DNA of 64,000 nt from Acidobacteriota bacterium. Lineage in GTDB: Bacteria > Acidobacteriota > UBA890 > WLXD01. The notes beneath the pieces were generated by a model. It did no database searches and was not told where the DNA came from. It saw nothing but the letters and a program-made list of their open reading frames with translations. This document shows positions 41,908 to 51,125 of the stretch, one piece after another (within the stretch, counting starts at the first letter, position 1; each line of letters begins with the position of its first letter). Location of the stretch: the NCBI GenBank assembly GCA_965248695.1, contig CBDFKD010000002.1, positions 256,001-320,000 on the forward strand. Direction: 5' to 3'. The position numbers were made by a program, and so were the translations under genes.

Positions 41908-43059
41908 TTATAGGGCTGACAGACGGCGTCCCCATCCGTCTGTTAGAGCCGTTGAAGTAATGATGTCCCGTACCTTCACAAGCGTGTCTCGGCTGTGCGC
42001 GTAGGAGATCGCGCCTCGGTATTGCAGTTGGCCTGCGACAATTCCGGGGTGGACATTGTTCATCTTTGCGAATCCCCGAATCTTCTCTTTGTAGAAGAAC
42101 GGAGTAGTCTCGCTGATGAAGCTCGATAGCTTCTTCTGGTCCACGAGAAACGCCGCTGCGAACGCATCTACTTTTTGTTCGGCATCACTGATCGCCTGGG
42201 TTCCTGCTCGTGCTTGAGCCGAGGCAAGAAGGTCTACGTCAATCTGCATTGTGCGGTCTAACAGGCCGTCGCGATTCATGACGTGACCTAACTCGTGCAC
42301 TAATCCGAACCAGAACGAGTCGATCCGGTCGAAGCGCATCGAGATAGCGACGACGGGCGAGTGGCGATCCAGCCACAGGCAGGCACCGTCAATCTTCGTG
42401 CCTTGAAGATGCTCAATCACAACTAATCTGACCCCGCCCTCAGCAAGGATCGCCGGCACGCGTCGAATCTCATCTTCCACATGGAAACATTGGCGAAGTT
42501 CCTCAAGACAGCGCGCGAACCGTGTTTCCGTGAACCTTCGCGCCTGTAATGTGTGCGCCAACTGCCGGGCGCGATACAGCCAAGCGTTTTGCGCGGGCGT
42601 TGTTTCTGTATAGATCGTTCCTTTTCGCGCGGCGTGTGGAAGGCGGCGCGGGTTGTCCTCGATCTTCTGGATTTCGAAGAAGCTAAGGATCTGTTCCTCA
42701 AGCACATCTACGCTTTCGGTGGCCTGAAGCCAGCCGCGCCGGATCATCTCCGCGACCGGCGCCTTCTCATAGAGCTTCGCTTTGCGCCGAACGTCATCCG
42801 TCCCCGACACCTCGGTCTTCCAAAGCTGGTAGATGCTCCCAAGGCTCAGCCAAAACTCAGGTCCGGTATCAAAGGCTTCGCCGAACACAACCGCAGTTTC
42901 GGTGGAAACGCCACGCTTCCCGTTGATGACCTCGTTTATCAATGTGAGTGGCCTCCCAGTGATCTCTGCGAAGTCTCTTTGGCTCCATCCCCGAGCCTCT
43001 AGCTCGTCGCGGACAAACTCTCCAGGCGGAAATGCCTCAGCTAGCTTGTTCTTCATCAC
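41908..43059 (-). CDS. higA: HigA-family antitoxin (XRE HTH) fused to ImmA/IrrE-like metallopeptidase domain
   Basis: FPPGEF..ELEARGWSQ..FA...INEVINGKRG...FWL; later KIDGA, RFDRIDSFWF.LVHELGH (HExxH). Confidence 0.85.
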   Translation of the reverse strand: MMKNKLAEAFPPGEFVRDELEARGWSQRDFAEITGRPLTLINEVINGKRGVSTETAVVFGEAFDTGPEFWLSLGSIYQLWKTEVSGTDDVRRKAKLYEKAPVAEMIRRGWLQATESVDVLEEQILSFFEIQKIEDNPRRLPHAARKGTIYTETTPAQNAWLYRARQLAHTLQARRFTETRFARCLEELRQCFHVEDEIRRVPAILAEGGVRLVVIEHLQGTKIDGACLWLDRHSPVVAISMRFDRIDSFWFGLVHELGHVMNRDGLLDRTMQIDVDLLASAQARAGTQAISDAEQKVDAFAAAFLVDQKKLSSFISETTPFFYKEKIRGFAKMNNVHPGIVAGQLQYRGAISYAHSRDTLVKVRDIITSTALTDGWGRRLSAL

Positions 43060-43071
43060 GCGACCTCACTT

Positions 43072-43368
43072 TCAGTGGTAGTCCTCGATGCCTTTGATGA
43101 GCACTCGTTTTTCTTTTCCCTTGCCTCGAATCTCAAGAATCAGTCTGAACTGCTTGTTGAGCATCATGGAACGCTCGTGACTGCGGTTGCCCTTCAGCTT
43201 CTCGAAATGCAGTCCTTTCTGCTTGTAGAACACGCGCTCATCGGGCGCCGCCAGGATCGATTGCAACCGCTTGCGAAACGCTTTGATCACGGCGCGTGAG
43301 TAGCCGCCTGTAAAGCTGGCGTCCTCCGCCAGGCGTTCCGCGTCCCTGGTCGCGAACTCAACGTCCAT
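43072..43368 (-). CDS. higB: HigB/RelE-family toxin (plasmid maintenance system killer)
   Basis: LHFEKLKGNR...SMMLNKQFRLI, IEDYH; lies upstream of the antitoxin. Confidence 0.85.
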   Translation of the reverse strand: MDVEFATRDAERLAEDASFTGGYSRAVIKAFRKRLQSILAAPDERVFYKQKGLHFEKLKGNRSHERSMMLNKQFRLILEIRGKGKEKRVLIKGIEDYH

Positions 43369-43554
43369 TCGCCAAGGGTAGCGCGAATCGGGCACGAGTT
43401 CAATATCAGAATTCCACGTGTTACGTGAAAGCGTTGAATTCTGGTAAACTGCGTCGAACCTTACCCTGCTAGGCCGCAACGTAGATGATCAACCTTCAGG
43501 TCGCCGTCTCTTCTTCGCCACGCGCCGCGGCCGTTCCTGCGCATAGAAGAGCCG

Positions 43555-43752
43555 TTATCGACAAACATCAATCTCTAGTCGTTCAGCCTCTTCCAAGAAA
43601 GCCGTTTCCTCTCGATCGAAGCGCTTCTGTAGGCTCTCTCTGACAACTCCAAGAGACGGAGATTGAGGGTCGTCGGCCAAGGCGTGTTCAAGTTGCGCCA
43701 TAGCCTCCAACGTGCGCTGCACGTCTTCCTGTAGATCCAAGAGTCGAGACAT
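43555..43752 (-). CDS. Small hypothetical protein, probably a truncated fragment
   Basis: 65-aa helical ORF in an AT-richer island, ends abruptly. Confidence 0.4.
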   Translation of the reverse strand: MSRLLDLQEDVQRTLEAMAQLEHALADDPQSPSLGVVRESLQKRFDREETAFLEEAERLEIDVCR

Positions 43753-43794
43753 CTATACGAACTGGATCTTATGCGCAGGTTGCGCAGTCATTGT

Positions 43795-44010
43795 CTAGTC
43801 CCGTCTTGGCCAGCGCACGAAGGCCGGGATTCGGCCAGCTTCCTCATATTCCCGAATAGCAGCGAGCCTCATCCGCTCCCGGATCCACGTGGATAGCCCA
43901 ATTCCTGCCATCTCAGCCGCTTCCTTGAAAGCCTGCTTCTCGACGGCGGAAAGGCGAATATGCACCAATTCGTCCCTGGGTAACTGAGTTTTCGGCCTTC
44001 CCTTGACCAT
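43795..44010 (-). CDS. Ribbon-helix-helix (CopG/MobC-like) DNA-binding protein
   Basis: GRPK...VHIRLSAVEKQAFKEAAEMAGIGLSTWIRERM pattern. Confidence 0.7.
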   Translation of the reverse strand: MVKGRPKTQLPRDELVHIRLSAVEKQAFKEAAEMAGIGLSTWIRERMRLAAIREYEEAGRIPAFVRWPRRD

Positions 44011-44019
44011 GCTCAATAT

Positions 44020-44082
44020 TGTACACACAATAAATACACAAACCAACAGAATTGCCTCGACTGTGTATTTATTGTATGTACA
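44020..44082. promoter_or_regulatory. 21-bp inverted repeat operator upstream of the RHH gene
   Basis: TGTACACACAATAAATACACA-N21-TGTGTATTTATTGTATGTACA, 20/21 complementary. Confidence 0.7.
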
Positions 44083-44146
44083 GATCTAAAAACCGACGAC
44101 CTTCTGGGCCATGCTGTCACGCAAACGATGGCAAAATAAACTCTCT

Positions 44147-45670
44147 CTAGGGCTGATCTTCGGCCTTGGAGTAGCGCTTGGGCGCGCCCGAAAGCTCCAG
44201 CAAGGCGTTGATCGCCGTCTTGAGGCCCCTGGCCTGTTGCTCTAATCCAGCGAGCTTGGGATCCGGCCCGAGTCCTGTGGAAATAAAGATGGCGTAACCT
44301 CCGAGTAGGAAAAACACAAAGCCGCCACGAGCGGCAGGAGGCTACGCCGTGAAGCAGGTTAGCACGGAGGGAACCGGGCTCGTCGAGTTCCGGCAGGACG
44401 TACAGGCGCTGTTGCGCACCAGGATCCGCGAGGCGATCCAGATGACGCTTGACGAGGAGCTCACCGAGGCGCTGGGTTGCGACCGATACGAGCGCAACGG
44501 GCAGCGGCGAGGCTACCGCAACGGCAGCCAAAGGCGTCGGGTGACGACAGCCCAAGGGCTCCAGGAGCTGGACATACCGCGGGGGCGCATCGTGGGGCAA
44601 GACGGCAGCACCCGAGAGTTCCGCAGCGCGATCCTGCCACGGTACGCACGGCGAGCCCGGCAGGTGGACGAGGCGATCCTGGGAGCATACCTGGCGGGAG
44701 CCAACACCCGGCGGATCCGCAAGGCGCTCTCTCCGCTGCTGGGCAAGGCGCACCTGACCAAGAGCACGATCTCCAGGGTGGTGGGGCGCCTGAAGGCGTA
44801 CTTCGAGCGCTGGAGACAGCGAGATGTGTCAGGCGAGCGGTACTGGATCCTGTATTTGGACGGGTTCCATCTGAAGGTCAGGCTGGCGAGGCGGGTCGTG
44901 TCGGCGCCGGTACTGGCGGTGCTCGGGGTCCAGCCCGACGGCCAGAAGGTGTTGGTAGCGTTGCAGTTGGCGGTCTCGGAGGCAGCGGTGCACTGGCAAG
45001 GACTGATCGAGTCGCTGGTGAGACGAGGGCTGCAGGCGCCGGAGGTGCTGATCGCCGACGGCCACAAGGGCCTGGCCAAGGCGATCGAGGTATGGCCCGA
45101 TGTGTCGGTGCAGCGGTGCACACAACACAAGTGGAGCAACTTACGCGACCACTGCCCGGTTCATGCACGTGCGGAGATGAAGCGGGACTGGGATGCGATC
45201 GTCCGGGCCGATGACGGCAACCAGGCCAGAGCCGCCTACGCCGCCTTCGTACGCAAGTGGTCGACCCTCGTGCCCGCCGTGGCCCGGAGCCTGCAGGAGG
45301 CCGGCTTGAACCTGCTGACTTTCTACCAGTTCCCGAAGCCGATGTGGAAGACGCTGCGCACCACCAACGCCCTCGAGAACCTGAACCGGGAGTTCCGTCG
45401 TCGTACCAAGACGCAGGGCTCGTTCTCGACCGAGGCCGCTGGGGTGACGTTGCTGTGGAGCCTGGTCGCCTTCGGCCAGATCCGCATGCGACGCATCGAT
45501 GGCCACCGGTTCTTGGCTCAGCTCACGTGCGGCCCCGACAAACAGGCCGCCTAACCGATAGGATCATCCGTCGTCGCGGAGGAGACGCTCATCCAATTTC
45601 CACGACATTCGGGGCACATCCCGAGCTTGTCTTCCAAGCTCTCAATGCTGGCTCGGTGTTCGTCCGCCAT
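44147..45670 (-). pseudogene. 50-aa coiled-coil ORF interrupted by IS256
   Basis: GGAG RBS; MADEHRASIESLED|KLAGLEQQARGLKTAINALLELSGAPKRYSKAEDQP* is restored on removing the IS and one target copy. Confidence 0.6.
44259..45621 (+). mobile_element. Second, distinct IS256-family element (transposase 44349..45554)
   Basis: TIRs GGATCCGGCCCGAGTCCTGTGGAAAT / ATTTCCACGACATTCGGGGCACATCC; 8-bp TSD CGAGCTTG; motifs YRNG, LYLDG, IADG, QRCTQH, RTTNALENLNRE. Confidence 0.95.
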
Positions 45671-45979
45671 AGCCGTTTCTCCAGTTCGAGACTTGACGGC
45701 CCAACGCGGTGGCAACTACGCTAGACAAAGCTAACGCTGTCGGCCCCGAGGGGGTCGATCACGCAGTCGAACTCGCTGGTACGAGTCGGCTGCCGGTCCA
45801 AAAAGCTACCTAATAGAGATGTGCTCAGGATCCATTGCAACTCAGGGTGCCGATCCGGGCTGCCCGCGTTGCGGTAGCACCGCCGTATACAAGATGAAAG
45901 ACAGTCCGCGGGACTCGCTAAACTGCTTTTAGAAGTTGCTATAAAACCTCACGTTCCAGCGATGGACCGTGGGCGAAGG

Positions 45980-46011
45980 CCCCGCCGCTTGCGGCGGGGT
46001 TCTTTCTTTTT
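45980..46011 (+). terminator. Intrinsic terminator-like hairpin directly upstream of the NYN ORF
   Basis: CCCGCCGC-TT-GCGGCGGG followed by GTTTCTTTCTTTTT. Confidence 0.7.
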
Positions 46012-46023
46012 GGGGAGGCTCCG

Positions 46024-46160
46024 ATGGCAGCAACGCAACGAGGGATGGTCTTCGTTGACAGTTCGAATCTCTATTACGGCCTCAAGCGCATCGGCTTCAA
46101 GATGTACCACCTTGATTTCGTGAAGTTCGCCGATCAACTCCTTCTCGGACGGCGCGCTAC
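46024..46160 (+). pseudogene. N-terminal fragment of a NYN/LabA-DUF88 (PIN-like) ribonuclease
   Basis: GGAGG RBS, MVFVDSSNLYY...LDFVKF motif; similarity is lost after about 45 codons. Confidence 0.6.
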
Positions 46161-46232
46161 AACGTGGCTTGCGATCCGCATCTTTCCTCTATCGCTCGTC
46201 ACTGTGACGTTTGCCAGTCTTGAGAATCTACG

Positions 46233-46493
46233 ATGCCTCCAAGTATTTCTTACCTCGCCGACGAAAAGTCGGATAGCAACTCTTGGTCGGTTGAACAAAT
46301 GCTGGCTAGCGCCCTCTCCGATATCCAGAAGGGAGAGCGGGCTGCTACAAAAGCTATCGTCCTGTTTCTAGACGATAGCGATGAACAGTACAACGTAGGG
46401 TTTAATCAATCGGGATTCCGCATGTCTGAGGCGATCGCCCTGATCGAAGTTGCCAAGATTACATTCCTGCGAGAAATGGGCCACCTGGAATAA
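46233..46493 (+). CDS. Small hypothetical protein (phage/island-like)
   Basis: 86-aa ORF with globular-protein composition, ending 12 nt before repeat copy 3. Confidence 0.5.
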   Translation: MPPSISYLADEKSDSNSWSVEQMLASALSDIQKGERAATKAIVLFLDDSDEQYNVGFNQSGFRMSEAIALIEVAKITFLREMGHLE

Positions 46494-46505
46494 TACGGAA
46501 CCGCC

Positions 46506-46572
46506 TCACCGCCTCGGCACCGAATTGGTCAGGCACAGTTCTGAGGCCCCATGGTTGCGCTCGACGATGTAG
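46506..46572. repeat. ~67-bp island direct repeat, copy 3
   Basis: TCACCGCCTCGGCACCGAATTGGTCAGG...GATGTAG. Confidence 0.85.
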
Positions 46573-46577
46573 GTGGT

Positions 46578-46855
46578 CTAGTCCAGCCGCAAGACTTCTG
46601 CTGGGCTCGTATTGAGCGCGCGTATTGTTGGGACCATCACAGCCATTGCGCCGACCAACAGTAGAATCAACCCAGTATTGATCAGAACCATCGGATCTGC
46701 GGGCGATGTCTCAAAAAGAACGCTCCGCAGCCAGCGGCTCGCAACCAGGATAAGCACACCACCCGCAATTAGCCCAACCGCCACCGATGCAAGGGTGTCA
46801 CCGACCGATAGCCTGATTAGTTTCCACCGCGGCGCACCGATGGCCCGTCGGATGC
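46578..46855 (-). pseudogene. 3' fragment of an FtsX/ADOP-type ABC permease
   Basis: IRRAIGA, LFETSPADP, PTIRALNTSPAEVLRLD*. Confidence 0.7.
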
Positions 46856-47506
46856 GCATTCAGCTGGGGCTTAAAGCTGCGGCTGTTCGACTCCAATCCA
46901 GTCCAAGGCCTCGTGCCACCGGCACCGCCAAGCGATCGCCGGTCGCTAACCGACCAGGAGCGCCACAGGGTGCTCCATGAAGCACGCTACCGTGACGTGT
47001 GGTTCACGTACTTGCTCACCGGGCTTCGGGCTTCCGAGCTCGCCGAGCTGCCGACCGACAGCGTGAAGCTCGACACTCCGGCTCCGCATCTGGTCGTCGT
47101 GGGCAAGGGGTCCAAGGAGCGCATCGTGCCAATCCACGGGCACGATGCGGTGTCACACTTTCGGAAGCTCGTGGCCGACGCGAGGGTGCGGCGCGATTCC
47201 CGGTTGATGCCGTGGAGGACGCGAAGGGTGCAGGGGCTTTGGCAGCAGGATCGAGAACGTCTGGGCTTGCCCGAGGACATTACGATCCACACGTTCCGGC
47301 ACACGTACGGGACGTTCATGGCGTACCGAGACCTCGTGGGAACGCAGCGTGCGATGGGGCACTCGGACATCAAGACGACGATGCTGTACGTGCACGATGA
47401 CGACCGCCTGATCCGGGAATCGTCGGTGCAATGGGGAGCTGTTTTGCATGGCGATGAAGCCCGGAATGGTACAAAATCGGTACCACATTCGAAAAATCCC
47501 AAGTAG
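46856..47506 (+). pseudogene. N-terminally truncated tyrosine recombinase/integrase (catalytic domain intact)
   Basis: AFSWG...NP, TGLRASEL, GKGSKER, HTFRHTY, MGHSDIKTTMLY. Confidence 0.85.
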
Positions 47507-47517
47507 AACAAGTGTTC

Positions 47518-48230
47518 CCGGTGTTCTGCATAAACACCGTCAGATCCTCCCGACCCTCTACTGTCAGCACGAAGCTGATGGCGCCGCCGTGCGGCGTGCG
47601 GAGACTCTGTTCCGGGTCCGGCGGCTCGGTGAGCTCGGCGTGTGGCCCCGGACCACGCTCGACAGGCCACCAGTGACCGTTGCGTACGACGCGAATGCTG
47701 ACATCGTCATACTCGAGCAGGTCGCCGTCGCCGACTACTGTGCAACGCTCTGGCCGCAGCCCCTGAGCCTGGGCCACGAAGCACGTGGTGGGTGTGCCCA
47801 CCGCCTGCGCGCCGGTGAACAGCGCCGTTGCGCCGAGATCGGAGATATGGTCGAAATGCGCGTGGCCGATGAGGATGGCGTCCACCTGCTCGGCCCCCGC
47901 CGCCTGCAGCACTCGCTGGATCTGCGGCATGCCATCGATATGCGGCTCGCCGCCGAAAGCAGGTCGGCTGTAGTACGCGTCGAACAGCAGCGTCGTGCTT
48001 CCGACGCGCACCAGCCAATTCGACACTCCGAGCCAGACCATCTCGACGGATTCGACCGTCGACGTCTCCCGCGCAGGATCCGCCCCGGAACCCGACCCCG
48101 ACGAGCTCGAGCAGGCGATTCCACTCGACGCCACCAGCAGCAGCGCCATCATGAGACAGACCGGGTGGCGGTATCGCGACCGCCCCGCCCGTCGGCGACG
48201 CGCTACATAGGTGATCGGTGATCTCGGCAT
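47518..48230 (-). pseudogene. MBL-fold metallo-hydrolase (lipoprotein), 3'-truncated at the island edge
   Basis: WLGVS, LLFDAY, GHAHFDHISD; the frame runs into integrase-end sequence after VFMQNTG. Confidence 0.65.
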
Positions 48231-48291
48231 GATTGCCTCCATCGGTTGAAGCACAGCAGGGGAAGCGTTTTGACGATCACGCCAGCTAACG

Positions 48292-49473
48292 CTAGAGCAC
48301 CAAGCGTTCCGCGTGCGGCCGGCCACAGTGAATGTTGGCGAGCTCTGCACCGTAGCCACCGACGTTCAGCAGCGCCAGGATGTCGCCCTCACGAACCTCC
48401 GGCAGCTCCGCCTGGTCGGCGAACACGTCGCGCGCCTCGTTGATGTGTCCAGCCACGGTATAGCTCCCGGTCGGCTTGGCGTCGGCGGCCCGGCAGACCA
48501 CGATCTCCTGCGGCTCGCGGTACAGGTAGGGAATGCCACATGCGTTATAGCCGCCGTCCAGGCCGACAAACTTGTTGCCGCGGCGCTCGTCGATGCCGAC
48601 CACCTCGACCAGAAAGATGCCGGCGTCGCGGGCCAGAAAATCGCCCGGCTCGCACATGATCGGGACGCCGAGTGGCCCGAAGCTCGCCTCGATCAAGGCC
48701 GCGTAGGCATCGAGATCGACCGGGTCTGCAGACGCCAGCAGCGGCACGCCGATGCCGCCGCCGACGTTGATGTAGTCGAGATCCTGAAGCCGTGCGGCAA
48801 TCTCACCGACCACGATTACCGCCTGGCTGAAGTCTTCGATGCCGTACTGTAGCCAGCCCGATCCGATATGAAAGTGCAGCCCCCGCACCTGTAACTGGTA
48901 CTCGGACGCGAGCGCCAGCGCCTCGTCCACCTGCTCCGGGTAGATGCCGAACTTCGACGGCCAGCTGCCTTCCGCTGTGGTGCGCGTCGAGTACGTCCCC
49001 ACGCCGGGGTTGAGTCGCAGCCCGATGGTCCTTCCCGGGGCACGCTCGCCGACGTGGCGGATGGTGCTCATCGAGTCGAGGTTGAAGATCACCGGCTGCG
49101 CCAGAATCCGCTCGAGGTCACGCTGGCTGAGGTTGGTTCCGGTGTAGGAGATCTGCTGCGCACGCCAGCCGGCACCCAGCGCCATGTCCATCTCGCTCGG
49201 CGAGCACACGTCCACGCCGACGCCGGTGCCGTGCATCCGGGAAACGATATCGGGGTGGCGATTGCACTTCAGAGCGTAGAGCAGGTGATGGCGCACGCCG
49301 GCATTCTCGAGGGCACGCTGCAGGCGCCCGAGGTTAGCCACCATGCGAGCGCTGTCGTAGACATATAGCGGCGTGCCGTTGGCACGCGCCAGCTCCTCGA
49401 CGTCGCGACCCGCGATCGTCATCCGACCGTCACGCACCTCGAGCCCGTCACGATTCCACCATGGTGTCGTCAT
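48292..49473 (-). CDS. lysA: Diaminopimelate decarboxylase-like PLP enzyme (Orn/DAP/Arg decarboxylase family)
   Basis: GTPLYVYD, YALKCN, SKFG, HFHIGS, NVGGG, EPG. Confidence 0.75.
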   Translation of the reverse strand: MTTPWWNRDGLEVRDGRMTIAGRDVEELARANGTPLYVYDSARMVANLGRLQRALENAGVRHHLLYALKCNRHPDIVSRMHGTGVGVDVCSPSEMDMALGAGWRAQQISYTGTNLSQRDLERILAQPVIFNLDSMSTIRHVGERAPGRTIGLRLNPGVGTYSTRTTAEGSWPSKFGIYPEQVDEALALASEYQLQVRGLHFHIGSGWLQYGIEDFSQAVIVVGEIAARLQDLDYINVGGGIGVPLLASADPVDLDAYAALIEASFGPLGVPIMCEPGDFLARDAGIFLVEVVGIDERRGNKFVGLDGGYNACGIPYLYREPQEIVVCRAADAKPTGSYTVAGHINEARDVFADQAELPEVREGDILALLNVGGYGAELANIHCGRPHAERLVL

Positions 49474-49628
49474 GGTCGGAAGCTCGCAGACGGACGTCGT
49501 CCGTGCAACCACGACCCCGACGGGCTACGATGAAGAAGTCCCCTGTCGCCCCGCCGGCACGCTACTCCCCGGAGTCGCGCGCGGCGTCGCGCCGCTTTCG
49601 CGCCTCCGCTGAAACGGAGAGATCTGGC

Positions 49629-50144
49629 ATGCGAAAGCTCCTCTTGGCGGTCTCGGTGCTCGTGGTTTTCGTCGGTGCCGCTTCGGCCGGCGCCCAGAGT
49701 GGGGTCCGGAGAACGATCCGCGACGGCGATGTGTTCTCCTATCAGCCCATCGGCTTCGGCTTCATGCGTTGGCAGGTCGCGTGGACCAAGAACGCCGACT
49801 TCGACATCCTCATCGAGGGCATTACCAACGGGGAGATCTTCAGCGTCTGCGCCGGACAGTCATTCGACACCGCCTTCGAGCTTTGTGAGCACGGGCTGGG
49901 CGCCGACTCCTACCTGATGACCATCTTCTCGGTCGACGGTGCCACGTCTGCCAAGGGGTCTTTGATGATCCAGGAGTCCGTGCCGGAGGACAACTTCCGC
50001 GGCGCTCGACGTCGAAGCCAGGGCAAGCGCGAGGGCCTCAACTACCTCGGAAATATCCACGACGACACCTCCGACCGGCTGCTGATCGAGGCTCGCAGCA
50101 GGTCGGAGGCGCGCCGCAACACCAAGGCTCGACGGGACCGCTAG
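49629..50144 (+). CDS. Secreted hypothetical protein
   Basis: GGAG RBS, signal peptide MRKLLLAVSVL...AGA. Confidence 0.6.
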   Translation: MRKLLLAVSVLVVFVGAASAGAQSGVRRTIRDGDVFSYQPIGFGFMRWQVAWTKNADFDILIEGITNGEIFSVCAGQSFDTAFELCEHGLGADSYLMTIFSVDGATSAKGSLMIQESVPEDNFRGARRRSQGKREGLNYLGNIHDDTSDRLLIEARSRSEARRNTKARRDR

Positions 50145-50299
50145 CAGGCCGTCGTGGAAGTGTGGCGGGCCTGGTTGCGCGCGGATGCTGCGTCGTTCGT
50201 CGTCAACGATGGGGTAACCATCGCCTCCTCCTCTCTCCTTGCCTCCACATCGCAAGACCCTGTCGCCAGACCCGCCATACTTTCACGACGGCCTGCTAA
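50141..50299. mobile_element. MITE-like element, short form (159 bp), opposite orientation to 10423..10701
   Basis: CTAGCAGGCCGTCGTGGAAG...TTTCACGACGGCCTGCTAA; interior matches the first module of the long copy. Confidence 0.85.
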
Positions 50300-50959
50300 C
50301 CGGCTTCAACAATTCGGCCAGCGCCCCAAGGCGTTCGCCCCACCCGGCACGCGCCGCGTCCGCAGCCGACTTACTGGTCAGCTTGCTGTGCTGAACCGCA
50401 ACCTGGCTCTTGGAATCACCCTTGGCCGTGAAGTACGCGTTGACCTGGGTGCCGTCGCCCAGGACATGCGTAGCGACTTGTTGCGCGTCGAGGTTCGAAT
50501 CTCGAGCGCGTCATTGTCTAGCCACCGCTGCCGCCGACGCTTCTCGCTGAACGCCCGGTAGAGCGTCTCGATCGGAACGCCGACGGTCTTGCTCTTGTTG
50601 ACGTCGTAGCCACCGCCGCGACGCTGGCCGGGGTCCCGGAGCCCGCGGAGGCGCTCATACCCGACCGTCACCATCTGCGCCCACCAGCCCGACACCTCGA
50701 AGTTGTCGTGCACGTACTGCGCGATCTCACGATGCGGCATGGAGACAGCCTGGGCCCGATCGAGTACCTGGACCCATTGCTTCCACGTCTTGCCGGTCTT
50801 GGCGGCGACGGCATCGTCGCTCATCCCGGCGAGCGCTGCAGGATCTGCTGGTAGCGGTGGCAGCTTGCCGACCAGCTGGGCGCGGGCGGCGGTATAGGAC
50901 TCGCCGGTCTTGTCTATGCGCCCACGAATGAGGCGCTTGAGGTCCCTTTGTTTCGGCAT
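50283..50959 (-). CDS. Hypothetical protein (DUF4287/SRPBCC-like C-terminus) with two apparent homopolymer frameshifts (~50460, ~50340)
   Basis: MPKQRDLKRLIRGRIDKTGESYTAAR, KTGKTW..W, GWWAQMVTVGYE; continuation DGTQVNAYFTAKGDSKSQVAVQHSKL in another frame. Confidence 0.6.
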
Positions 50960-51125
50960 CACGAACATCCTTCGGTCAAGCCGCAACGGCTCGCCCTCCA
51001 GCGACGGCGCCGTGCGGCGACGCAAAGGCTGTCGATGCCGATCCGGGAGTGTGCCCCCCTTTGCCTCGCAAGGACCCTTGCTGGAGCAGGGTCGTCGAGG
51101 TTCGGCGTGGACCGACGCCGTGTGC
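50960..51125 (-). promoter_or_regulatory. Candidate structured 5' leader RNA
   Basis: Three stems: CGGCGT/ACGCCG, GACCCT..AGGGTC, GCAAAGG/CCTTTGC. Confidence 0.45.

Noticed and set aside
45819-45932. IS1595-type transposase
   Set aside because: Only a CPRCGS zinc-ribbon-like scrap; no catalytic domain or TIRs visible
41033-46572. CRISPR array or DGR template/variable repeats
   Set aside because: Spacing is irregular (0.6 and 4.9 kb), no cas or reverse transcriptase gene is present, and differences are not adenine-specific
46856-47506. Integron integrase with attC cassettes
   Set aside because: No IntI-specific insertion is evident in the short catalytic domain, and the repeats lack attC core motifs
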